Below the pieces are notes generated by a model, which saw only the letters and a program-made list of their open reading frames with translations, searched no databases and was not told the DNA's origin. This document shows positions 1-10,951 of a stretch of DNA of 64,000 nt, in pieces. Source of the DNA: Nemertoderma westbladi. Lineage: Eukaryota > Animalia > Xenacoelomorpha. Within the stretch, counting starts at the first letter, position 1. Each line of letters begins with the position of its first letter. The stretch is taken from contig JAUCBJ010006854.1 in the NCBI GenBank assembly GCA_032718475.1, positions 8,660 through 72,659 on the forward strand, read 5' to 3'. The translations under genes and the position numbers were made by a program.

Positions 1-495
1 TTCTAACTAAAGACGAGTGAATGACCATGACCATGGAAATAATTTTAAATATAATTGTATATCAACTATTTGGGGAGGCTTCCAAGTTAAACCCGAAAAC
101 AATTATTTTGTTACATAGTAAATAACGTTGTATGTTCTTCTTCCTATCATAATAAAATATAAATGAAATATCTCAGATCGCTATGCCCTGTAACATTTCA
201 CAACCAAAATATTTAAGTGTGAAAAGTGTAGGCCTACCACACTCCGCCCAAACAACCGCAAACGCATAGCCAACAAATTTAACAAAAGGTTACATACATG
301 TTGGGTTCATGACGAGATCAGTGAAAATTGATCGCGTAATATAAAGTAAAAAATTAATAGTCGGGCTGGCTCTCCTCCACTTTCTTACCCAATGGATATG
401 TTGTTGTAATAATCTAATATTGGGGCGGCTTTCTCTCGGTTCAGAGCTCTACGGGGTTTATCAAAATAATAGCGAGTTCGAATTTCGCTAAGAAC

Positions 496-3400
496 TCATT
501 CTCTACCAGCATGATAAAGTTTACTGTGAACATCTACAATCATCTTGATTTGTACTTCAAGATTTCTAATGAGTATGGGGAATTTAGTGTCAAAGGATAA
601 TGGCGCATTGGTGAGCCTTCCTCCAACACGTATTAACCCATCTATCATTGTGCTAGAGAATCGATCCCTTAAGCGCATCTGCGGATTTCTCAACAACAGG
701 AAATACTTATCGGAATCCTCATAGCATTGCAGGAGTCTCAGTATCTGCTTATTGGTTTCTTCATGCTCCTGGTAACTAATTTTCTCCTTTAGAAACCGGT
801 CGGATGTCTTATATTTGGGTAAATTTTTAATAACATGAACTTGCGCAGATGTCAATGGAGCGGTATCACTAATGGTCTTCGTCCTGGAGTAGTGATGATG
901 AAAACATCTCCTTAAATACGTGACGGCTTTACAGAGCCGATTCCAGGAACTGTAGTGATGCATTGCTCTCTGCAGCAGGGGTGAGATTCCTTGCGAGACG
1001 TCTGGTATTCCAGATTTCCAATCTCTATCTCTAATTTCCACAACAGACTTATTTGTGGTGAGGGATTGTGGATCCGAAGCATCGTTTCCGGAAGTATGTA
1101 ATACAGATAGATCGATAGTCGGTTTAAATAACTTCGATTTACTCGCCCGGGTTTTAGGTTTGACTTTCTCCGCTCCCTTGGCTTGTCTAATCTCCGCCGT
1201 AGTAAGGTGAGGAGACCATTCATCCTCTTCCTTACTCAGGAAGTCGGGTCCACCCAACCAGTCTGGAGTATCTATCAGTTCCTGTGGAGTCGCTCCCCTG
1301 GAGGCGATATCGGCTGGATTAATCGTACCAGGGCAATGTCTCCATTGATCTATCTTTGTGCGACTAAGAATAATAGCTACCCTGTTAGTAACAAAAACGC
1401 TGAACTGACAGACTTCATTGGTTATATACTCCAACACGAGTAAAGCGTCGGTCCAATAAACAGTTTTCTCCAGTGAATAGTCGATTTGTTCTGTTACGTT
1501 CCGGCCGATGGCTGTAGCGTATAAAGCAGCTTTTAACTCCGCTCGAGGAACCTTTAACTTGTTGTTAATCAATGCCTTAGAGGTAACCAAGGCGACTTTG
1601 ATTCCATCAGGAGTTTCGACTCGCAGATATGCTACTATACCTATTCCCATGTCGCTGGCGTCTCCAAACACATGGAGTTGATAGGAATACGTAGGAAGAA
1701 CATGACCAAAATATGCACGGGAAATTACAAAGCTCTCGATGGCAGGTAGAGAATCTTCCCATTTCATCCATTTCTTTAACAGTTCTCCCTTAAGTGGATC
1801 GTCCCATGAGTGGTTTTCAAGCCACATTTGTTGTACTAAACTCCGAGCAATCAATATAACTGGGCTAATAAATCCCAATGGGTCGAAATAAGTGCTCAGG
1901 ATACTTAAACAAATCCGTTTGGTCCGAACTGGATTATCTCGCTGTTTTAGCTGAAAAAACAGGATATCTCTTTCAGTGTCCCACTTCAAGCCAAGCGTCT
2001 TGGTTTCTGGAAGATCATCCTTTATTAAGTCTAGGTCTTTCGCTCCTCGGTCTTCTACCGGTATCGCTTCCAGAAACTCACGGGAGTTGCTAGTGAATTT
2101 CGTCAGTCGAAATCCACCTCTTTTCAAACACTCTACCGTTCCTTTCGCGACATCAATGGCTTCCTCTACTGATGGAAGGGACCTTAAATTATCGTCCATG
2201 TATATATTACGCTTGATGTTGTCTATCACCTCTTTTGAGAAGGCGTCTCGGTTGTCATTCGCAGTGGTCCGCACCACGGAGCAGGCGTTGGAAGGGCTTG
2301 ATATGATCCCAAAAGCCTGGATGGTCATCCAGTACTCTACCGGTTTCTGGTTGAGATCTCCTTCAGGCCACCACAGAAATCTCAGGCTGTCTCTATCTCT
2401 ATCCAGCGCCTTGACTTGTAAGAACATTCCTTCTATATCGGAGGCGAACGCGATGGAATATTGTCTTAATCTTAAAAGTATTCCCAACAAGGATTGGAGT
2501 AAGTTGGGTCCTGGTAACAACTCGGAATTGAGGGATTGGCCCATATATAGAGCAGAGCCATCGAATACGACTCGTACTTCATGGGGTTTACCGGGTTTGG
2601 GAACGTAATAATGTGTTAAGTAATACGTTCTCTCGGTTACTGGTGTTCCTTCCGGTACTCGCTCCGCGTATCCCTTTGTAATAAATTTCTTCAACTGAGT
2701 TTGGTACATTTCTTTAGCTGAAGCATTAGCCGTAAGGCGTCGATGTAATTGAGTGATTATTTTCTCTGCCAAGGGTCTGTTATTTATAAATCTAGGTTCT
2801 CGTTTTCGAAATGGTAGGCCGATTTCATATCTACCTTGATCTTTTAAAAAACGGGTAGTTGTTTCCTGGATTTGCTTGGCTCTTTCTTCTTCTATCGATA
2901 GGGCCTTATCGTATGAATTGGGCTCTACCAATTCTTGAGTAAAGAATCGTACGGCGAGTTCGTCCCGAGTTCTAGCGTTGTAGCGCTCTATCTCATCATT
3001 TAGTTCGTCATTGTAATCAATGGGTCCCGATGGGCGAATCAGTTGACATAGGTTCACCTGGTTTTTCCACGTTTTGTTTTCTGTAAGTAGGTCGATTGTG
3101 TTCTCTTCATCGAAGAGTTGGTAGATGTCGTCATTATCTGAGGAGTATGGTGTTCCCTCAGTTAGTTCGTCCACCTCACTGCTCTCCTCTTCCCCATCAT
3201 TTACTTGGTATATTCGTTCTTGTGGCATTCTCTCTTCGAGAGTTCTGCGGGAAGGGCCAGTAAAGTACCAACCTACTCTAGTTCTTACCGCATAGGTTTG
3301 CAGTGGCTGTGGTTGAGCAGGCCGTTTCTCCAATGTCTCGAGCGCCTCATGCGCGTTTTGGCCGATGAGTATTTGCACTCCAGGATAATCTGTCTGGAAT

Positions 3401-5970
3401 CGAGGTATCTTAAGATGTTGGATGCTCTCATCCTCGTCCCAATTATAAAGGTCTGCTTGAGTAGTAGCGAAGTTCTTTATAGCCACCATTTTTACCGACC
3501 TTATACCTTGTGCTCCTAATTTATCCTGGGGGGTGGACAACACACCTACATAATAATCTGCCGTTAGGGTAGATTTCCAAACCTGCATAATTCCTGACAT
3601 ATTCAATTTAGTCCGGAATTTGGGTTGTCCAGCAAAGATATCTTCGGCTAGTTCTTGATTGATGAATGTTCCTGTGCTGCTGGAGTCAAGGAGGGCGTTC
3701 ACTATGTAACTTTTGTTAGGACCATGAACTCTGACCTGCACTACAGGAAATTCTCTGATTCCTACGTTCCAAGATGGTTGTCTGGCAAAAGTAGTTGGGG
3801 GGAACTCATTGTCGGTGTCCTTTTCATAAGTAAGTGCTCGATACACCGCGGTATTGATTAGATAACAGGATTCGTTGGCGTCGGAGAATTCGTCAGTATA
3901 GAATCCTTCCATCTCAGATTCTTGATCAGTGTCATTTACATCACTGAATTGGACATGTAGTTCGGGCTCACTTACCTGACTCGGGTTGTCTCGTTCGAAC
4001 TCACTGTGTAACAAGATGTGATGTTTCGCGCCACACTTTGCACACTTTACGTCGGAGTAACAGGTTCGCCGTTGGTGTCCTGGTCTGAGGCAATTATAGC
4101 ATAACCGCTTATCCCACACGACTGCACGTCTGTCTACAAGGGATTTCTTTAGAAATTCAGCACACGCACTCAAACGGTGGGTCCCGTCGCACAGCGCACA
4201 GTTAGGTTTTATGTTACTCACTTTACCTTGGGTAACCTGATGCACTCTCGTTCTTTCTTCGGGCTTTCTTCCGTGCTTTCTGTTAGGAGACTGAGGAGGG
4301 GTCTTGGCAACCTGTTCTCTCCTATCGTTGGTTCGAGCCTTGTATTTACTTACGTCTTTTGGGGTTTTGTTAACGTAGTAAAATTTGTCAGTGTCTTTCC
4401 CACTGTCCTCTTCTTGAGAAGCTTGGCTTTCGCCGTCGTCAGTGTAACACACCGGTGTGACTCTTCTCCTAGAAACGGGTTTCTCACTTACCTTATTTTC
4501 CGATGTTTTTTCTCTGGACTGCTTGATGAGTTGTAGTTTTACTTCACCATCTAAGAAGGACATGAGATCAGCCATGGTAGGGCTTCGTCGTTGCTGCTCA
4601 TTCATATATAACACTTTCTTGTCCCAGCGGGTACATACTCCACCCTTTGGTAAAGTAGAGACTACTGCTCCAATAACCATGGAACTCTGATATTCATGAG
4701 ACTTACCTAACCAGTCCAATTGTCTACAGATCTCCTGAATCTCATCGGAAAACTCTATAATCCCGCTACTAAGGAAGTTTCGGGGGGCTACTAATTTTGC
4801 ATACAAATACTTAGCTATGTTATCCTTGTTACCATACCTGATGTTTAATGTATCCCAAACTTGTCTTAATCCTTCTGGATGTCCAATAAACTTTAACGCC
4901 ATTAACTTGGGAGGTCCTTCCAAGCACTTGATGAGGAACCTAAGTTTCTCTCCGTTAGATAGTACAGAGTTCTGTATGCTGTCTTTGTAATATTCATTGA
5001 AAGGTAACCATTTCATCTCATCTCCATTGAATTTGACGATCTCTCCCACTTTGACCGCTTGGCGGGCTTCTGTTCTAGCCATCTGACGCGTAAAGCTTTC
5101 TTGGGCCATCGTGTTATTTAATATCGAATTATCGGTATATAAATTTCTCGGATCATTATCAGGTCTATAGGGAATATCATTAACAACAGGTTTATAATCA
5201 CCCTTAATAGGGTTTGCTATAGGAGTTTCTACTTCACTAGCAGTATAGATGCGTGTAGGCTCCACACCTTGCGCATGTAATACTTCAGACCTAACAGGTT
5301 GACACATTGTTACAGGGGGTATTGGTATACCCTTTTGTATATTGACTAATTTGTCGCGTTCTAGCGCGATACTTTGCTGCACTTCTTGCAATTCGGCCCT
5401 ACCTTCCCTTACTGTTCCCTTAAGTTGGTGGACAGTCTCCTGCATCTGTCCGAGCAGGAGATTCATCCCCCGCCGTCCCTCCTCTACCCACTCGACCGCC
5501 GAAGCGGGAGTCGCCAACATTGTAGCGGGCTGACGCAGGATGACGGGAGACAAATCTTTGATTTCTCTCTCAGCTTCCAGGACAGGGATATTCTCATGGA
5601 CTGTTCTACCGGGTACAGGCAGTGTAGTACTGTGTAAAGGGAATTTAGAGTTAAGCTCTGGAAGTACAGGGGTCTCTAGCACAGGAGTGACTTTGGGAAC
5701 GACAGGCCTAATTATTTCAGGCTCATCAACTATAGTAGGGAGTTTTTTGACCTTAATAATTTGGTCTGTAGGTTCTATACTACTTAAGTCTGTGCTAGCT
5801 AGTTGTCTTCTAACAGCTGGGGGCAAATCAGGCAATTTGTGACGGTGAGATGTTTTTCTACGCCTGCTTAGACGAGATCTATTTCCTCCGCCTTCAGCAT
5901 CGGTGGTTTCGCTTTCCTCCGATGATGTGTATCCCTGGCGTTTGGGAGTAGATCTTCTCATCATCTGCAT
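496..5970 (-). CDS. BEL/Pao gag-pol polyprotein (Gag zinc knuckles, aspartic protease, RT, RNase H, start of integrase), prematurely terminated
   Basis: Three BEL-type knuckles (CALCDGTHRLSAC, CYNCLRPGHQRRTC, CAKCGAKHHILLH). Protease LLDSSS plus ILIGQN and TRVGWYFTGP. RT RVVFDGS, SLNSELLPGPNL, DIEGMFLQV, YMDD. Pao RNase H LHVFGDAS, PRAELKAA, NPADIASRG. Linker GLIRVGGRL. Ends at the HSKLYHAG half of the integrase HHCC motif. Confidence 0.95.
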   Translation of the reverse strand: MQMMRRSTPKRQGYTSSEESETTDAEGGGNRSRLSRRRKTSHRHKLPDLPPAVRRQLASTDLSSIEPTDQIIKVKKLPTIVDEPEIIRPVVPKVTPVLETPVLPELNSKFPLHSTTLPVPGRTVHENIPVLEAEREIKDLSPVILRQPATMLATPASAVEWVEEGRRGMNLLLGQMQETVHQLKGTVREGRAELQEVQQSIALERDKLVNIQKGIPIPPVTMCQPVRSEVLHAQGVEPTRIYTASEVETPIANPIKGDYKPVVNDIPYRPDNDPRNLYTDNSILNNTMAQESFTRQMARTEARQAVKVGEIVKFNGDEMKWLPFNEYYKDSIQNSVLSNGEKLRFLIKCLEGPPKLMALKFIGHPEGLRQVWDTLNIRYGNKDNIAKYLYAKLVAPRNFLSSGIIEFSDEIQEICRQLDWLGKSHEYQSSMVIGAVVSTLPKGGVCTRWDKKVLYMNEQQRRSPTMADLMSFLDGEVKLQLIKQSREKTSENKVSEKPVSRRRVTPVCYTDDGESQASQEEDSGKDTDKFYYVNKTPKDVSKYKARTNDRREQVAKTPPQSPNRKHGRKPEERTRVHQVTQGKVSNIKPNCALCDGTHRLSACAEFLKKSLVDRRAVVWDKRLCYNCLRPGHQRRTCYSDVKCAKCGAKHHILLHSEFERDNPSQVSEPELHVQFSDVNDTDQESEMEGFYTDEFSDANESCYLINTAVYRALTYEKDTDNEFPPTTFARQPSWNVGIREFPVVQVRVHGPNKSYIVNALLDSSSTGTFINQELAEDIFAGQPKFRTKLNMSGIMQVWKSTLTADYYVGVLSTPQDKLGAQGIRSVKMVAIKNFATTQADLYNWDEDESIQHLKIPRFQTDYPGVQILIGQNAHEALETLEKRPAQPQPLQTYAVRTRVGWYFTGPSRRTLEERMPQERIYQVNDGEEESSEVDELTEGTPYSSDNDDIYQLFDEENTIDLLTENKTWKNQVNLCQLIRPSGPIDYNDELNDEIERYNARTRDELAVRFFTQELVEPNSYDKALSIEEERAKQIQETTTRFLKDQGRYEIGLPFRKREPRFINNRPLAEKIITQLHRRLTANASAKEMYQTQLKKFITKGYAERVPEGTPVTERTYYLTHYYVPKPGKPHEVRVVFDGSALYMGQSLNSELLPGPNLLQSLLGILLRLRQYSIAFASDIEGMFLQVKALDRDRDSLRFLWWPEGDLNQKPVEYWMTIQAFGIISSPSNACSVVRTTANDNRDAFSKEVIDNIKRNIYMDDNLRSLPSVEEAIDVAKGTVECLKRGGFRLTKFTSNSREFLEAIPVEDRGAKDLDLIKDDLPETKTLGLKWDTERDILFFQLKQRDNPVRTKRICLSILSTYFDPLGFISPVILIARSLVQQMWLENHSWDDPLKGELLKKWMKWEDSLPAIESFVISRAYFGHVLPTYSYQLHVFGDASDMGIGIVAYLRVETPDGIKVALVTSKALINNKLKVPRAELKAALYATAIGRNVTEQIDYSLEKTVYWTDALLVLEYITNEVCQFSVFVTNRVAIILSRTKIDQWRHCPGTINPADIASRGATPQELIDTPDWLGGPDFLSKEEDEWSPHLTTAEIRQAKGAEKVKPKTRASKSKLFKPTIDLSVLHTSGNDASDPQSLTTNKSVVEIRDRDWKSGIPDVSQGISPLLQRAMHHYSSWNRLCKAVTYLRRCFHHHYSRTKTISDTAPLTSAQVHVIKNLPKYKTSDRFLKEKISYQEHEETNKQILRLLQCYEDSDKYFLLLRNPQMRLRDRFSSTMIDGLIRVGGRLTNAPLSFDTKFPILIRNLEVQIKMIVDVHSKLYHAGRE

Positions 5971-5989
5971 GTGACTAGCAGTTAACTGT

Positions 5990-7327
5990 TTATTTATGTT
6001 GTCTTGCGTCTCTTGCAGATTTGGTAGTCTCCTCAGACGCTCTCCGTTCTGCTTCTGCCACTGCCTTTGCCGCCTTTCTTTCCGCTGCTACTGCTGCTGC
6101 CTTTCTTTCCACTTCTGCTTCTGCCATTACCGCTGCTACTGCTGCTGCCTTTCGGTCCTCTATCCGTCTTTTCTTTACTTGTTCTTCTTGGACTCTAGCG
6201 AGGCGGAGTTTTTCATCAAATTTAGCTTGGTTTGCAGCTAACATTTCCGCATCGATTGAGTCCAACACAAGCTTGGTTCCTTCACTATTGGGGCGAAGTC
6301 CAGCCAGTCGTCTCCTCAACTCTTCATCACCTAGGAAACGTTGATAGTCTGACAGATAGATGTCTATGGCGTCTCTCGTTCGCGGTCTCTCTGCGGTAAC
6401 TTCGCTTTCCACTTGAGAAAAGGTGGCATCGGTTGATTCTTCATAGGTTGGTCTCTCAGCCAGCTGGGATTTCCACTGGGCCGTTTCCTGTACTTTGAGA
6501 CCTACCCGCTGGAACCAAGTCTTGACAACAACTTGCAGCGACGTGTCCTGTCTTCTTTTAGAAGTTTCCTCAAAGGCTGATAGGATTAGTCTAATGCGTA
6601 GGGTTCTTTCGCGTACTTGATATAGCAGCTCTTCCTGCTCTTGAGGTCCTTGGGGTTGTCGAAACAGTTGTTCTTCCAATCGCTCTAAGGAGCCGAAGAA
6701 TCCCTGCACATATCCTGCTGCCGACCTCTTCCAAACAGCTGGATCCATCGTATCTTTAGCCACTCCCATCCTGTGTATGTCTTCCCAAGTAGCTTCGGAC
6801 AAATCTAACGGGAGTCCGGGTCCGGGAAAGTTCCATTGTGACTCGACAATAGACATCAATTCTTCCCTGGCGTATCCCGCATAACTATCTTGGGTCGCTC
6901 GCTTACTTCTCGCCCAATCGGCTTGATGTTCCTCCACCGCAATCAATATAGTAGTTAGCACTGCGGCAGGAAGGGTGAGAAGGGGATCCGAGTAGGCTGT
7001 AGCCGCCATCTGCACTCCGCGTTCGGGGGTCAGCTCTACAGTATCTGAACTACTGGAGCTATCGGATCGCTGGGAACAAGTTTCTTGACTAGGATGTTGC
7101 TGCTGTTGGACAGCTGCTTCCTGGTTCCGTTTGACTTGGGCCCGAGTGCCGATGATAGACCTACGGTGTTGGATTAGCCTAGGGTCTGATACTACTACTG
7201 GAGGGATGACCTTTCTTTCAGTAGGAGGTGAGCTGAACTCCTTTCTTAATCGCTCCACACTCCTATCTGTGTCACAGATTGTTGTATCGATTAGACTGTC
7301 TGACAGGTTTTGCTGGGTGCCAGACAT
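5990..7327 (-). CDS. Upstream ORF of the BEL element (probable N-terminal part of Gag, coiled-coil and Ala/Glu/Lys-rich)
   Basis: 445-aa ORF on the same strand, ending 19 nt before the gag-pol ATG. The gag-pol frame stays open about 100 nt into it (+1 frame). Confidence 0.7.
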   Translation of the reverse strand: MSGTQQNLSDSLIDTTICDTDRSVERLRKEFSSPPTERKVIPPVVVSDPRLIQHRRSIIGTRAQVKRNQEAAVQQQQHPSQETCSQRSDSSSSSDTVELTPERGVQMAATAYSDPLLTLPAAVLTTILIAVEEHQADWARSKRATQDSYAGYAREELMSIVESQWNFPGPGLPLDLSEATWEDIHRMGVAKDTMDPAVWKRSAAGYVQGFFGSLERLEEQLFRQPQGPQEQEELLYQVRERTLRIRLILSAFEETSKRRQDTSLQVVVKTWFQRVGLKVQETAQWKSQLAERPTYEESTDATFSQVESEVTAERPRTRDAIDIYLSDYQRFLGDEELRRRLAGLRPNSEGTKLVLDSIDAEMLAANQAKFDEKLRLARVQEEQVKKRRIEDRKAAAVAAVMAEAEVERKAAAVAAERKAAKAVAEAERRASEETTKSARDARQHK

Positions 7328-8669
7328 GTTTAGCTATACGGTTGAATGCCTACTGCTATAGTTACAGTTAAAGCAAGTCTAGTAATTCAGTATGACCGTT
7401 GGCCTAGTACCATTAATTTATTACAGTATATTAGAATACCGGTATACACTTATAATATATATAAGTATTGTAAACTAGTTTTGTCACAGAGTACCGGTAT
7501 ATAATTTTAGCACAAATATATATAAATATATAATAGGCCTATCGTGAATACCGGTATACAGCTGACACTTATAGTATATAAGTATAATTCTGGACTAGAA
7601 TTAATTACAGAATACCGGTATAATTTCAGCCTAAATTTATAGAAATAAAGTTAATAGGCCTATCGTGAATACCGGTATATCAATTATTTAAATAATTGAA
7701 TTTCTGAATTTAAAGGTTACTTAGTTACTTTAACTTACTTTATTACCGTTATTTAAGCAGTAGTCCAACTGATATTGAGACCTAATTGTTGTATGGTAGG
7801 CCTACTATTATAAATCGTTTGAGTTGATTTATAATATATATATACCCATTTAAAATGGGTTTTGTCAATATTTGAAATAAATGTTATTATTTCTGGGTGG
7901 AGTCACTACACAGAAGCTGTGCGCTCTCAGTGAAGTGCTACTTATTGGACACTAAAACAGATAATTCTAATTTACCTAAGTTACTTAATACTACAAATTA
8001 CTTACGATACGGGTGAGATTAAATCTCTAATTAAACACAACAAAATATTACGTACGAAATTTTTAGGGTAATTTTACAGGAAGTCTACAAACCAGCCTAA
8101 CAAAGGGTTAGAATTCTGGTTATTACAGCGGACAGGGAACTACGGTATTTGAAAATAATAAGTAGTAGTAAATATATTGCACTGTCCAGATAGGAAAATA
8201 CCACCGCCTGACGACCTATAGCCGTATCGCTATAGGTACTACGTTATGTATCACGGAGTGTTCCTACCTGGAAGTTAATTACCGCGGACTACCAGATCCA
8301 ACGTGCCTATTAACCACTTTACAACACAAATATACTGCCTACACTCTAATTACTTTCGGAAAGCACTGTACACTAAACCCTAAATTAGGTACAAGTACTT
8401 ATTAAAACAGATAACTAGCAGTTAAATATACTTGAACAGTTAAAAGAACCACGGCATCTGCTGGAGTGACCGGAGCACAAAGTCACCAGTCTTTACCTAC
8501 GCCAAGCAGCCCGTGTAGTACCGGGGTTAATTTAACTATAACGGTATGTGTAACAAGCACAATTACTGTAGGAATAAACTTGGGGACATGAATGTTGCGA
8601 ATAATCGCATAAACTCTGAATAATAAATATTACGCTACCCGTACAGAATACTCAAACAAAATACAAACC

Positions 8670-9182
8670 AAACGCTGGCAGACTACCACCAAGCCTAAAT
8701 AAACTACAGTATGTGCAGATTCCGAAATGGTTAGTTAGTATGCGTTCTAACACGGTAGTACGACTTATTCTTTAAGAGGGGATTGACCTTACAGCTCTGG
8801 CTGCCCCAACATACTAACTGGCACTTTATCAGACAAACTCTACACACGCAGCAATCTCTTCAGACCTAATAATAGCTAGACAACAATCCAGCCTACAAAA
8901 TATCTGAGTAATAACTATTACGGTACCTGAACAGACCACACAAACAAACACAGACTAAAACGCTGGCAGACTACTATCAAGCCTAAATAAACTACAGTAT
9001 GTGCAGATTCCAAAATGGTTAGTTAGTATGCGTTCTAACACGGTAGTACGACTTATTCTTTAAGAGGGGATTGACCTTACAGCTCTGGCTGCCCCAACTT
9101 ACTAACTGGCACTTTATTGGACAAACTCCACACACGAATCTCTCCAGACTCAACAACAGTCAGACAACAGTCCAGCCTACAA
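8670..9182. repeat. ~230-bp direct duplication (period 288 bp) in the BEL 5' leader
   Basis: aaacgctggcagactac...aagcctaaataaactacagtatgtgcagattcc...atccagcctacaa at 8670-8899 recurs near-identically at 8958-9182. Confidence 0.9.
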
Positions 9183-9381
9183 TTATCTGAACAATCTGAG
9201 CAGACTTACACGTCTTCAGCTCAATATTAACTTACATGTAAATAAAACCGACAGAAATAAGTAAAATCTCAATAAAAAACCAGGGCGGCCGTTCCCTGAT
9301 TAAGTACTAAGACCTACCGGTATACAATAATCAAAATCGAATAATACTAATATACTTATACTGGAAGTACCGGTTAGGACA

Positions 9382-9606
9382 GTTGGGCCTACAGACCTAC
9401 AGCAGTGCCGGTTCAAGCAGTTAAGCCTACCGACCTACGGCAGTACCGATTCTGGCAGTTGGGCCTACGGACCTACAGCAGTACCGATTCTGGCAGTTGG
9501 GCCTACGGACCTACAGCAGTACCGATTCTGGCAGTTGGGCCTACGGACCTACAGCAGTACCGATTCTGGCAGTTGGGCCTACAGACCTACAGCAGTACCG
9601 GTTCAG
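9382..9606. repeat. 38-bp minisatellite, about 6 copies
   Basis: Unit gttgggcctacggacctacagcagtaccgattctggca starts at 9382, 9420, 9458, 9496, 9534 and 9572. Confidence 0.92.
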
Positions 9607-10951
9607 GTTTACCGGTCGACCGGTACTTTCAACTTTATTGCTTACTGCAATAAAGACAATAACTGTTATTGTACGCGCTTTTGAAGACCTTTAGCAGTTT
9701 AACCTGCCAAAATTTATATGTCTTTTGGTTTATAAATAGACTTTAGAAAATGACAAGTATTTAATACCAATAAACACAACATTAGCCGAAGCCAGCCTAG
9801 TGCGCGTCCATTCACCCGCTGGATATACCCGGGAGACTGGATTCGGAGGGCTTAGATTGTTATTGCAGTGTAAGCTTACTGTATTATTCGATTGATCGTT
9901 AATAAATAATTTCTGACCAATATTATTCACTTTCGGGAAATATTAACAGTTCCTTTAGGACGTGGCGCTCTATCTAGGTAAACAGAGATATGACTTATAC
10001 TAAACACAACGGTAAGTCGGTAAGGCTTATGATTCACGTATGAGGCGCATTCTTTAGGAAATGCTTAGTTATCAGTCACAATCATGCACACTACCGGTAA
10101 CACACAATACTGCACACTAATTTGCCGACCGTCAATGAATTTTATCATATATAAAGAGAACAGCAATTGACTCATGTAGTGCTTATCAAATAGCATTAAA
10201 TTCACTACAAACCACAATAATATAAGTCGCAATCGCTATATGTAACCTGTCTCTCTAACCTGTAGTGTATCAAGAAAATTGGGAAATTTGGGTTCTTTAT
10301 AGATGTTCTCCAAATAATATTCAACCAACTGATACAAAATAATAACAACAGTAAAAAGCATTAAGACGGTAGGTTAAGATATGATATGACAATATATGTG
10401 CCGTTAAGACTGGACTGTGTCCAATTGAGTTGACCGATAATTGGGCCGAGTTGTTATGTGTTGTGTTGATAACAGTTATACGCTCTATAATCTAAGCCTA
10501 CTAATGTTTCTTCTAAAGTCTGAAACGAATTGACTCTAGAGCCGGTGTTCCTGGCCTAGATAGAAACAACAAAACAGTATCAAGAAAAAACTGCTACTGT
10601 CCCTAACACCGTTGCAGGTATCTTTTACACAGAGAGGAATAGCTCTCATTGGCAGAACACTAGATTCCACAAGTTCCACGAATATCTAAATGCCGAACTA
10701 TCAGGAATTTTGCAACCCTTGGCCAACACACAAAATGAGTCACTCCGCTCGGTTGTCCTGGTTGCATACTCTGCTGCTATAGCTCTGGTTGGCCGATAGA
10801 ACATAGTAAAGAGCCCCTCGTATAACAAATCAGCCAATCAGCCGGTCGCTTTGCATCATTCGAGTTAGAGAGCTTTTTAGAGTATTCCAGCGCCTGGGGG
10901 GAAACTGGATTGCAAAGCAAAAGGGCCAGTTATATCCCACAAAAGCTTTTA

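Larger units (their letters stand above)
425..10629 (-). mobile_element. BEL/Pao LTR retrotransposon, 3'-truncated within integrase; long 5' leader with internal repeats
   Basis: Contains BEL-type gag-pol. Candidate 5' LTR start is TGTAAAAGA on the minus strand at 10629; the inner LTR boundary and PBS could not be fixed. No 3' LTR is visible and homology stops near 425. Confidence 0.7.

Noticed and set aside
1183-6344. Plus-strand ORFs opposite BEL gag-pol (similar shadow ORFs lie opposite IKK, torsin, GCDH, LINE ORF2 and HS6ST)
   Set aside because: Antisense shadows of real coding frames with no independent motifs.
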